64,000 nucleotides of DNA from Takakia lepidozioides. Its lineage: Eukaryota; Plantae; Bryophyta. This document shows, one piece after another, positions 37,598 through 49,089 of this stretch. The position numbers and the translations under genes were made by a program. The stretch covers positions 55,614,001-55,678,000 of the forward strand of contig CM060734.1 of NCBI GenBank assembly GCA_030704615.1. The letters run 5' to 3'. How positions within the stretch are numbered: the stretch's first letter is position 1; each line of letters begins with the position of its first letter. Below the pieces are notes generated by a model that ran no database searches, had not been told where the DNA came from, and saw nothing but the letters and a program-made list of their open reading frames with translations.

Positions 37598-37940
37598 CTG
37601 CATAGTGGACCTTCTGGACGAGCGGGACAAATACATGAGGGAGTGGACCTGATTAATAAAATGCCAATCAATCCAGATGTTGTGGTGTGGAAGACCTTGC
37701 TTGGTGCCTGTAGAATCCATGGCAATGTGGAGATGGCTGAATGTGTGACAACATCTATTCTCAAGTGGGATGAGCAGGATGCCGCGACTTATGTGTTGCT
37801 ATATCAAACATCTATGCTGCAGCTGACAGGTGGGATGATACTGCAAAGGTGAGAAGAATGATGAAGGTCAGAGGGGTTAGAAAGGAGCCAGATGACAAGT
37901 TGCATCCCAGAATTAAGGAAATCCATGCTGAGCTGAGATG
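37596..37940 (+). pseudogene. PPR E/E+ domain pseudogene fragment
   Basis: GCIVDL..GRAGQIHEGVDLINKMPINPDVVVWKTLLGACRIHGNVEMAE...ATYVLL / SNIYAAADRWDDTAKVRRMMKVRGVRKEP, with frameshifts. 5' part lost at the minisatellite junction. Confidence 0.88.
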
Positions 37941-38032
37941 TCTGAACGTAGTTCTCAAAATTCGTCGCTAGTAGTGCGGAGCAACGCGAAGCCCTAGTGG
38001 AGATCATTCTCAGACCTTTATGGGAAAGAATA

Positions 38033-38280
38033 ACCAACAGTCAGTAGCTCAGTTGGTTAAGTGCACTGAGGGCCACCCAGATGATTTTGGGGTCAAATCT
38101 TGCTATTGACGGGTGTGGTATGGTTCTTGGGTGGTGCCCCATTCCTACGCCTCATGGCGGGTTACTGTGAAAGAGGTTATTTTCTCCTCTCACTATCAAG
38201 GGGCCTGATTTGTGAGCTGTCGCTCCCAGGTGTTTCCCTTTCAAAAAGAAAGAAAAAGAAAAGAAAAGAAAAGAAAAGAG
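38033..38280 (+). mobile_element. tRNA-derived SINE-like element, copy 1
   Basis: A-box TAGCTCAGTTGG, degenerate B-box GGGTCAAAT, a body shared with copy 2, and an (AAAGA)n tail. Confidence 0.75.
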
Positions 38281-38611
38281 ATCATTCCTACAAGACAAAA
38301 GGAGGGCAACTCCGCCCAAGACATCAGCATGTTCAACCTACCTACTGCTGGACTTTCCAAGAGAAACCAATAATAAGGTGGTGGGGGGAGATGTTTCAAG
38401 AGGTAGTTATGCCATTGTCCATAGAGCCCACCCCCGAAAGGGGCCAGTACCCACACGAGGAAGAGGCTTCTATTTACGCTAGCTTCGGCTGTATAAGAAA
38501 CGGTATGCCAGTCATGGTATGCTGTTGTGGTCTACTACTCGCCCATATAAGTGTCATATCTATCTATCTATATGCCATTGTCCTTTCCATAAACAAAAGG
38601 GGTGATCTATC

Positions 38612-38880
38612 TCTTATTATTATTATTATTATAAGGAAACACCTGGGAGCGACAGCTCATATATCAGGCCCCTTGATAGTGAGGAGAAAATAACCTCTTT
38701 CCGCGCAACCGCGCCTTATGGCCCCTTGATAGTGAGAGCGCAACCGCGCCTTATGGAATGGGACACCCCACCCAGGATCCAGGGAGCAGAGTATACCACA
38801 CCTGTCGGTAGCTAAATTTGACCCCAGAATCATCTGGGTGGCACTAAGTGCACTATCCAACTGAGCTGCTGACTATTGGT
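38612..38880 (-). mobile_element. tRNA-derived SINE-like element, copy 2 (inverted)
   Basis: Reverse complement begins ACCAATAGTCAGCAGCTCAGTTGGATAGTGCAC and ends GAGCTGTCGCTCCCAGGTGTTTCCTT plus a (TAA)n tail. Has a small internal duplication. Confidence 0.75.
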
Positions 38881-39338
38881 AAGGAAAAAAGAAAAAAAAA
38901 GAAAAAAGAAAAGTTTGGTGCATAATTTTTTTGTGATTGGTGCTGGAGGAAGGAGAGGGAGGGGGATGCAGTGATAGGGGGAGAGGGAGCATTCAAAGGC
39001 TCAAAATCAACGCAGCGCTCCCGCCATACAAGAGCCTGGATAAAGCTTGGTGCCCTTTATCCGCGAGCCAGGCCGGTTAGTATCCTCACCCTGCAACGGA
39101 CTCTGCTCCTGGTCTTTTTCTGCTAGGCACTAGGCTGCTCCTGGTCATTGCGTGACTTAGACACGGAAGAGGATGGTAGACAGATTCTGGAGCAGGGAGC
39201 AGACACCGCATTGGGCTTGAGAGTGTGGGAAGTGGGTTGCACTAGTTTTGAAAGATTGAGAAGAGGGTCGGTTTGGGTTTGAGAGATTGACAAGTGGGTT
39301 GGATTGCATCGGCCTCACAGCGGCATCAGCTGGCAGCC

Positions 39339-41228
39339 ATGAGGCGGGCAGGTTGGCAGCTGGGTGCGGCGCTGCGGCGTAGCGTGGCGCAGCAGGACAG
39401 CAATGCGTTTGGCCAGACTGCACGCCGATCTTATGCGGAGGAGAGCAGCCTGAAAAAGACTGTGCTGTATGATCTTCATGTGGAAAATGGGGGTAAGATG
39501 GTGCCCTTTGCAGGGTGGAGCATGCCCATCCAGTACAAGGACAGCATTATGGACTCGACTTTGAATTGCCGCGCCAACGGCAGTCTTTTCGATGTGTCCC
39601 ATATGTGCGGGTTGAGCTTGCGGGGCGCTGACGCCATTCCCTTCTTGGAAACGTTGGTGGTGGCTGACATTGTGGGCCTAACGCCTGGAACAGGAACTCT
39701 ATCGGTGCTCACAAACGAGAAGGGGGGTGTAATTGATGACGCCATCGTTACCAAGGTATCCTACTACTTTCTTGTTTCAGGAAGCTTATCGTTGGTTGAT
39801 TGCGATTTGTCATGATCCCATTTTCTGCAATGTTTTTTTCTACGACAATGTGAAGCCTGTAGGACATAAGTGACTGGAAAAGCGGCATTGGAACTTGAAA
39901 TTTGCTAGGTCTACTACGAAAAAGCAGTGTAGGTCGAATTCGTGGACATCTCTTTTTTCGTGACTTTGGCAAGTCTACCTAGTTGATGAGCTCAAGCCGC
40001 AGATAGAACTTGGTAGTTCTTATTAAGGTTCTGGTGGGTTTGCTTTCAGCTGGAATGTACAGAGACAAAGGAGACTGGTTTTCCTGGTTCTTGAGGCTTC
40101 AGAGTGAGTCCTGACAAGTATTTCTTATGTATGAAGTCCTGGGGGTTGGTTTGGTACCATGGAAGACCACCCTGAAGTATACCCGTATGAAACAAACTGC
40201 AGGTGACGGATGAGCATCTCTACCTGGTGGTGAATGCTGGCTGTCGTGACAAGGATTTGGCGCACCTTGCAAAGCACTTGAAGCCCTTCCAGGATGGGGG
40301 TAAGGCTGTAGGGTGGCACGTGCATGATGAACGGTCATTGCTCGCTCTGCAGGGGCCCCTGGCAGTGGAGGTGCTGCAGAAGCTTACATCTGATGATCTG
40401 AGCAAGCTTTCCTTCAGTGACTTCAAAATTCTGGATATCAATGGCTCCGAATGTTTTCTAACCCGCACTGGGTACATTCTGGCTCAGATCCTCTGCCTTG
40501 CCTTATTCCTGGACAATATTAGGTTGTGTGAGCACTTCGAAGAGAGTACCGGTTATACAGCACATTCTCTTTTCATTTCTCACAGTTGTAGAAAAGAAGA
40601 ACATGTGGAGTCTTGAGAAAAGTAAGAACTCATCGACTGTGCGAATGGGTGTCATGACAATTACAGGTACACCGGTGAGGACGGTTTTGAGATCTCAGTG
40701 CCAAATGAAGGTGCAGTGGCTTTGGCAAAAACCATCCTGGATAAGAGCGAGGGGAAAATTCGTCTGACAGGTTTAGGGGCTCGAGACAGTCTTCGCCTGG
40801 AGGCAGGTTTGTGCCTCTATGGCAATGAATTGGAACAACACATCACTCCAATTGAGGCAGGATTGGCATGGACAGTGGGAAAGCGGCGACGAGCAGAAGG
40901 GGGCTTTCTGGGTGCTGATACAATTTTGCAGCAATTGAAAGATGGCCCCACAAGACGCCGGGTGGGCCTCATCTCCACTGGAGCGCCAGCTCGAGGTCAC
41001 AGTGAGATTCTAGACTTGGAGGGAAAAGCTGTTGGGGAGGTCACCAGTGGGGGTTTTAGTCCATGCCTAAAGAAGAACATTGCGATTGGGTATGTGGCAA
41101 CTGGATCTCACAAGAATGGGACTCAATTAAAAGTCTCGGTGCGTGGAAAGCAGAATGATGCTGTTGTAACCAAAATGCCGTTTGTGCCTACCAAATACTA
41201 CAAGTCACCACAAACTGTCCTCAGCTGA
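39339..41228 (+). CDS. GDCST: Glycine cleavage system T protein (aminomethyltransferase), mitochondrial
   Basis: Exons 39339-39755, 40203-40471 and 40667-41228 join in phase. Motifs: [54 protein letters not shown]. Arg-rich presequence. Confidence 0.97.
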
Positions 41229-41390
41229 TGTGGCATAAACTATCCACGCGAAACTGATGCATGCGATCATGTAGACCCTGCTGCATCTGAACATTTGTCG
41301 GCAGTCTATGGCTGCAGACTGTCTGCCCCTATTCTTGCTAAGGCTGGCCTGTGGGAAAATTAAGGCAACGCCTCAGTTTGTAATATGTGA

Positions 41391-42381
41391 TATCAGTCAT
41401 TTGTTTGCTATCGCAACTTTGAGGTTGAAGATTGTCTTTTTACAGACTTGAGGACTTTGTCCACTGAATCATGACCATATTGCTCTTTTCGAAATAATTA
41501 TCTGCTTTTGTGGTAGCTGCAATATGAGCACCATGTAGGGTCAAGAGAAGCAGCCTCACTTGCATGCATTTCTTCCATGGCCTACAAAAACATTAGATAG
41601 GGACAGGTACTCATTGGCATGAACTATCACAAAAGTTGAGTGACTTTGGCCAACTGTACCAGTACCGAAAAGGACCACAAGATGCAACTTAACTGCAGGG
41701 TTTTCTGACTCAATAAATGTTAGGTCTTTTGTTTGCTTTAGGGTCCTTTTCTTGTCTTCAGTCGGACTGTACACAAGTGTATGCGAGAATTTTTTAGGGG
41801 GGGAGGAGAAGGTACTTCTTATAAGACTTGCTTTCCAGTATCCTTCGCGGGCATAGACTTGTTCTCGGGTTGGACAGCCGGAGAGGGCAGCAGGGGAGAG
41901 CTGAAGAGGGCTTGCTATGCACAAGGGACCCGTGTCCTGTAGCGTCCATTATCACTCAGAACCAGACCCATGGAAGCCACGGTTTTTTGGTGTTCACATG
42001 AGCTTCGCTACGTGAGCAGGGCAATGTTGGTCACAAAAGATGTATGTCTTCTGACACTTCAAAATCCCACAAAATCTCAGTGCCAAGCTATTATATTGAA
42101 ATTCTGTAACGCCCAATGTCCTTCTCATGGGAACTAATCTACTAGTTGACCAGCCCATGAGTTATTGCTGTATAGCATAAACATTATTGAAGTACTTTCT
42201 GTAGCCATGCCCATTGCCATCTCTGAGAAGGTTGAGAAGGTAGATTCAGCAGTACTCAGCTGGATGACTAGGTCGACCATTAACAAAATTTAGTAAGGTT
42301 CATATCTTGGTCCTATGAAATGTGAACCATGAAATGATAGATTCAAGCTTCTCGTGACCATGTAGGATGAGAATGAAAACC
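41391..42381 (+). repeat. Dispersed repeat B, copy 2
   Basis: Co-linear direct repeat of 29530-30501. Confidence 0.95.
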
Positions 42382-43289
42382 TCCTCCAGGAGACCTATAT
42401 GCATAAGTGCATGAAACCTGAAATGTAAAGGGCACATCTAAACCTAGTAGCTTCAGCTCCCAAATGACATTCATGTCCAGAATTAACACATGGTTGAATG
42501 GAGCAAGAATAAACTACATGTAATCAGATTTTAAAGGCTAGGTCAAAACCAGCTCCTCTATTTGTTTCGCACCTCCTTCAGCCTATCTTTAAGCATGGCA
42601 AGCCTTCCAGAACTGGGGAGGTTGAGTGCCATCAATGCTCTCCGCACTGCCTGACATCCATTTGTTCAATTTGCCCCTCTGATAGGCCCCTGATAATGAC
42701 TTGGGCAGTGGCGGCGGTGCAGGCACTGAGCCCCCGAGAATTCGGGGTGGTGCTTTCCAAGGTATCCTCTTCCTTGCCTGCAAAACCCGATCATGCAACT
42801 TCTCTGTCATGTGCAGCTCATTTCGCCACTAACAGGGACTGGGACACCCCCTTCCAGAATTTCGTTTCAATCATTGCAGAAGCCTTGTCAGTCAATGTAT
42901 GCCCGTTTCCTGCAAACTTGCTGCAGATTGTACCAAACAATATTTCATCACTGAACTTGTGTGTGTGTGTGATGAACAAGAGCTTCCAACATAATTCAAT
43001 TGCCACCTTCCTTCTAACAGGAGCTTAGCAGATTGGCACCAACATTTTCATCAACTAGTATCATGAAGCCGACATAGGTTACCTTACGAGTTGTTCCAAC
43101 CTTTATAGGAGGGCTGTGCACCAAGAACTCCAATCACTTGGCTTGTTCCATCCCCTGCCATTAGGTGCACCTGTGTCCAGCCACACATCATCCACACAGC
43201 AATCAAGCTGACCCCTTGATCCTTCGAGAGTTCCTGGTCACCCACATGCACTTGAAAACATCCCGACTGCAAGACTCAACAGCCAGCAC

Positions 43290-43400
43290 ATAGAATCAGT
43301 ATCAAGGTAGTTGAATTGTCATTGATCAACTGGGAGCAAAAGCTGCAGCCGTTGACGCTTCTAGCCATCTGCCAGTGCTCTTTGTACAGCAGCCCTTGCC
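43290..43400 (-). pseudogene. Decayed exon resembling the N-terminus of a DUF1995-type plastid protein
   Basis: After a TAG acceptor it reads ARAAVQRALADG*KRQRLQLLLPVDQ*QFNYLDTDS, with two in-frame stops. Family call from memory only. Confidence 0.35.
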
Positions 43401-46400
43401 TATGAATACAACACCATTTAATTGAGATGGGGTGTGAATTTGACCACAGCATAAAGTAACAAACTCCAAGCATGGACAGATGACCTTAATGACCACATGA
43501 AAGGGTAGGGCTGATGGTGTGGAAGATAAACAATAAAAGAACTTGGCAGGCTCTCCTGTTCTTGGTTTGCAATGGCCTTGTATCAAATACGAACTCCAAC
43601 TCCATGTATATGTGCCTGTCTTGTTGTACACCACGGTTCCAGAGGGACAATGGCTGGTGCCATTAAAAGCGAATCCTGGCTCAAGTGCACGCCGCCCAAG
43701 CGAGCAACCAGAATATTTCAAAGTGGGAGCTCACTTGAAGATTACACTTAGATGATGGGCTTCACTGTTCCCTTGAAAATGTTCTGGAGTACCCCACCAT
43801 AGTTGCTAGGTGGCTGACAAGACCAACTGTGAAGATAGACATCACCAGCCGGCGGAATGTGGACCAACCTTTCTACTTCAAACCGATCAATCTTGAGACT
43901 TTCCCGATCACTTACAAGCCACAGCGGATGAGATCTCTCGGAAGAGTCTGGAAGGGTCGTTGAGTGTGGCCACCCAAACTCTGATGCTGCTATGTATTGG
44001 TGCCCAGTTGTCGCTTGGGATGCTTATCGTGCAGGCTGTGGGCTACATAATTCCTCTTATCAAATAGTAGCTGACTGATCACCTAAGATCTCTGCCCTTC
44101 TGTTCAAGGATTTCTCTCTCTCATGTAATTTTGTTCTCAATACTGGCTCCAAATGGAATAGCAAGTTTTTATGAATTAGCCATGTTACTGAAGATCTAGT
44201 ACCTAGCAAGCTAATATGCCTGGATTGTCATATGGAATTTGTACTGAACATGAGTAACTTCAAATCCTACCTCGTGAGGGTAGCAACTACTTCTGAGAGC
44301 CTCTTCGACAGCAATTGCATTGTGAATCTTTTCAGACTGGATCAGCAATGTAGGAACATGTATGTAGCTGCAAGTGCATTTACGGGGTTTTAACAATCAT
44401 GTGTCGTAAGCTGAAGGTGTAAATTTCTAGCAAAGTTGAGTAGATCATCTTGACAATCACCATGTCATTTAAGCTGCAGCTTCCATCTTTTCCATCCCTT
44501 TGTCACAGTTACTCTGAACTAGGTGGCCCAGCAACCTTTGGCTGAAGAGACTTCTTCCTGCACCTTCCAGTGGGATTCTTGGGGCAGAATGTGATTTTCT
44601 AGTACATTCACATATTTGGCTAGATTTGCATGTTATCTCACACTGGAAGGTTCGTCAATGCGTTATTTCAACTGCCTGCTGTTGTAACAGGGGCAGAAGC
44701 GTTGTTTGCATGGATGAATTCAGACACAGAAGTTGTCTGTCAGAGCACCCATGTTGTGAGTTTCCTGGTGGTGCTTGCTGTTCGTGTTGCTAGGACTAAC
44801 CATGATCAAACAGCATTGACCAAGGAAGTCAATGACTTGCAAATATCCGGGACTCATGTCCTGCAGAAGGAAGCAAAGGAGTATTGGGGACTGGTGGAGG
44901 CCGACTTGTTCCGTTGTGGGTTCAGCTCTGTGGGTTGTGAAAGGGGAACCCCTTCATGTCATGTACTAAATTGGAGTTACGATGCTACGATTGCTGCCCC
45001 ATATGTACGATAGGCTCCGCACACCTCCCTTCAACCCATACTTCAGTGATTATATATATGCAAACCCAGCCATGGATTTTTATTCCAAAGCTGGTGATAT
45101 TGTGATTCCGGTGTTGGCTGCATTGACTCTTGCAGGCATGGTCTACGTGCAGCAGAGATGAAAAAGTTTGCTTGTGGAGGCTTGTACGATAGATTTCCTG
45201 CAATGAATTCAGAGACAGAGGTTGTCTCCAGCAACTTGTCACCTCACAGAGTTTTGACCATTATTCAAGAGGACGATTATTGACAGAAGGAACCCCGCCC
45301 ACTATACAATTGTTTCGTGGAAAAATGAGATCAAACTCACGATAGCCGAGAGCCAACATACCTGTAAGTCTTTCAAATGCCAATAAACTCCCAACTCCTG
45401 CCAGAACTCACTAGATGCCTCTGGCCACTTTGACACATCCCATAGCTTGAAGATGACATTCTGCCCTTTCCGTTTTCCTCTTCTCACCTAAAAGTCAAAC
45501 CAACAACCGCAAAAGAAAAACAAGTCAAATTCAATGGTCAACTGACAGAGTCGTAAAAATGAGAAGGACAAAACAAAAATATCCAACACTCTGTAGAGCT
45601 GTAGAGGTTCATAAATACTCTGCAGAGCAAGAGTGGCTACAAATTGGAACTTTTGTAGGGAATAGTTCAATTTACAAGTAAAGAGAAGGGATTCCTAGGA
45701 TGATCAGGTCATTTGAGATTGGTTCAGCTCCAGGATTCAATTCTGTCATAGACAACACTACAGCTTTAGCTCTGAATTTCTGTCATAATGCCCTCAAAGT
45801 CAGCTTGTCAAGGGTAGAGAATTTGGTACTAATGTTGAGGTGCATTGAGCATATCTAAGTGAGATATCTAGCTCAAGGTTTGGAATGCTGGCTAGTTGCA
45901 TCTGTAAGGTTTACTCAGCTGAACAGATGACAGTTATCGTATTGATGGGGATGCTCAGGTGTAACTATTAATGAATCTTCTTATTGGTACAAGCCTAGCT
46001 TAAGTAAGTACATAACAAATTATTAATGAAATATGTAATTAAAACAGATGATCCAAAACAACAAGTTAGACACTCACATTGTGGTTGGTGCTTTGTGATA
46101 TCCCGTCCCCCAATTCTATTTTCTCCTCAGGCAAGCTGTGTGCAGAGTCTGGGCGCTTCCTCTTCCCACTCTCACTGCCACTACCACGCCCTTATCCTCT
46201 CCGGGAAGCGGGGCTGATGGGGGGGAGATGGTGACTGTCATGGCCAGACCTGCATTGACACACAAAATGCAAGTATGCCACAATTCAAAACCTTCAAATT
46301 TCGAAGCAAACTCCTGGACACCAAACTCCTGGACCTAGAGCTTGAACCAATTCCCATTTCATCCCACTTCCCCTAAAGTAGAGTCCACAAATGACAAAAT

Positions 46401-47239
46401 AATTGCTACATGAGATCAAACCTGTCATCTGACGCACTTCCACTGGCCCCACTTGCCCCAGCGTCAGGTCCCTGGCTCAGCGTCTGAGGGACGAGAGGGT
46501 TAGCTACCAATGCCCTCCTGCTAAGACTTGCCCACTTCAAGTGAGGGGGCGTATGAGCCCAATCGATCGGGAGCACATCTGCTGCGTTGTGTGCTAAATA
46601 CAACATGTACAGAAGTACTTTCCGTGCCTGGAGGTTTGCCATGCTGATGTCGAAAGTCGCTGTACTCCACGTGTTTTGATCCCCTCTCAGCTGATCTGGA
46701 GATCGAAATCGAGTACCTGCAACCCTCGAGGACCTGGCACCCAGCAACCACAAGAGGATTAAAAAATGCATCAACTAAACATGGGGATGCTACAATGCAT
46801 GTTGATGAGGGTTTTGAAAAGACAATAAGCCAAGTTCTAGAAGAAAAGCTCACCGCATACATAAGAAGTTGTGAGGCGGGATAGGTAACCCTCAACTTCT
46901 GATAAGAGGGCCTCGCACTAGCTTATGGAAGTGCTCACCATTGTCACGCTCTTGCTATTGACCTTTGCCCTCTATAGGCAATATCTCCTTGGTTGCTCTC
47001 AAAGTAACAGGATCATATGATTCGCCCATCATATACACAAGGGTGTGACTGGGATAAGACTCCTTCCTTGAGCAATTGTAAACACATTCATTAGGACCAT
47101 GATAACTATAAAAGGAATCACGCAACAAGGAAGTAGTAAGGAAGTAACAAACTTATCCACGGCCACCCTTGCTCATTAACGGGTTCAAAAAGTGTGCGGT
47201 TTACGAACTCATAAACCTGAGGCTCTCGAGCAATAGGAT

Positions 47240-47330
47240 CATACGCAGAGACAGACTTTGACACAGCACATCCCGTGTGGGTGAGGTACTTGCGACGCGG
47301 ATGTGCTGTGTCAAAGTCTCTATGCGTATG
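47240..47330. repeat. Inverted repeat / foldback with a perfect 21-bp core
   Basis: AGACTTTGACACAGCACATCC (47253-47273) pairs with GGATGTGCTGTGTCAAAGTCT (47299-47319), extended by CATACGCA/TGCGTATG. Confidence 0.9.
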
Positions 47331-48438
47331 CAACCAAGCTGTTTCCTCAGGGATCAAGTCCCAACGGGCAACACTCAATGTTGTGTTCCCACCATTGGCA
47401 GGACGTGTCTGCGACGCATCCTTGAGCTCACACTTTCCCTTCGGAGCTTCGGAGCTTCTTGCTGAGTACGTCCCACGTTAGAAAAGCAACAACAAAAAAA
47501 AATAATCAGATTCACAACGTCCAAAAGATCTCACAAATAGAGACACCCAAAGACTACACAGAGAACACCTTCTCAACCTAGAGGCTATTTCCTCGATGAA
47601 CAAAGTCCAAAAGATCTAAAAAAAAGAGACACCCAAAGACTACAGTAGGAAACACAGCAAACGAGTTCAAGACAGCCCTGAAGGAATAAGTAACAACAGT
47701 TATTACATGGAAGAAAAAACTATAGAACAACATTCTAGGGAAGACACCAAGGCATAGCAAGGGACACCCAGACCTGAACGGCGCAACAAGTGCCCTAAGT
47801 GCCCTCAGTTCGAAACCCTAAGTGCCTATCCATATCTATGAGACAGAACGAAGTCCCAGAAGAAATCCACGGAATAAGATGCCACAGACGGACTGGACAT
47901 CAGGCTGCAGAAGAATCCTAAGCAAAGGGACGAGATATTAAAGTTATCTGTAAAGTGAGCCTGAGTTTGGTACCGAGTTTGGACCCGAGTTTCTCATTTC
48001 ATCCTGAGTTTGAGTAAAATTGCTCTCCTCCCTCCAGTTTATTGTCATGTGGTCCTCAAGTGCAATCACACTAAAGCCCTACATCTTACCACTGTGATAT
48101 TTTGGTTTACTTGGTGATGCAAGTTGCGATGGCTCTTCTTGAAAATATTAGTCATCCTCCGCGGCCCGCCTTTCTATTGGTACCCTCTGGAGTCTGCATG
48201 GTTGGAGGTAGCTATATCGACACATTATAAATTTAATCATATGCCATGTTTTATACAGCCCATCATCAGAGGGTGGTGTTTGGAGGCACTCAAGGGTGCC
48301 ATTACTTGGGTGGATGCAAAGACTGGCAGTCCACTGTATGCAGCTTATCACTCAATGAGTGTGAGTCTCAATGTGTTCTTCATTCATCCTTCCGTACAGC
48401 ACTACCAGAAAATTTTGTTTGTATCTATCGTGCCGTTG

Positions 48439-48487
48439 AAAAGCAGAATTCATTAAAAAGCAGAATTCATTAAAAAGCAGAATTCAC
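48439..48487. repeat. 17-bp tandem repeat, about three copies
   Basis: AAAAGCAGAATTCATTA repeated. Confidence 0.85.
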
Positions 48488-48839
48488 CGGGCTGCATTCC
48501 ACCATCAGCTCTGTGGAGTGCATTCCAAAATGCAGAATGCACCAGCCATTAGATTTTCCTTCAATTTTTTGGCATCTCTTTATGCAGGGAAACGCCACTT
48601 GCGTCCCAGATTTTGGGGCCTTCCCCTGGGGCTACCGCCTCAGCGTCAGGCCCTCCACATGCCCTTAAATCCGAGAATGCCCTCCACAGGCATTAAGTTA
48701 CCCTATCCATTTCAATACTTGCATTTCTCTGAGGACAGTCACCTATTGGCATCCTTTGATGGGACCTACTAAACAATGCATTCCAGTACTCATCCATCCA
48801 ATCCCAACCCAATTGCTTAATAACGGAGACAGTACATAC

Positions 48840-49089
48840 TAGTGTTTTTTTTCCACTTGTCCAAAATCACCACAAAGGTTACATGTAAATTCTATCCAGT
48901 GCCCATGTGGCGAGAATAACGAGGTGGCAGGCTTAGAAAAGTGGCTATATAACAGGTGTCACATTTTAACAGGTCCATGTAGGAAAATTTTGGCTCCTGA
49001 TATTTAACCATTGCTTTCTGACAATTTTTTGGATTTTTACCAAAATCCCATTCCTTAATGGCGATTTTTTGCCAGATTTAAAAACACTG
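48840..49089. mobile_element. MITE-like element (~250 bp)
   Basis: Termini TAGTGTTTTT and AAAAACACTG. Flanks GACAGTACAT and GACAGTGCAT resemble a decayed TSD. AT-rich non-coding interior. Confidence 0.6.

Noticed and set aside
36576-37764. Repetitive HSPSQP-rich ORFs; superficial CRISPR-like or telomere-like look
   Set aside because: These are translations of the minisatellite. There are no unique spacers or cas genes, and the unit is not TTTAGGG.
38033-38110. Possible tRNA gene
   Set aside because: Good A-box but degenerate B-box, no acceptor or anticodon stems, and a long tailed body: SINE rather than tRNA.
38100-38693. 197-aa ORF
   Set aside because: Runs through SINE bodies and A-rich/TAT tails; low complexity with no motif.
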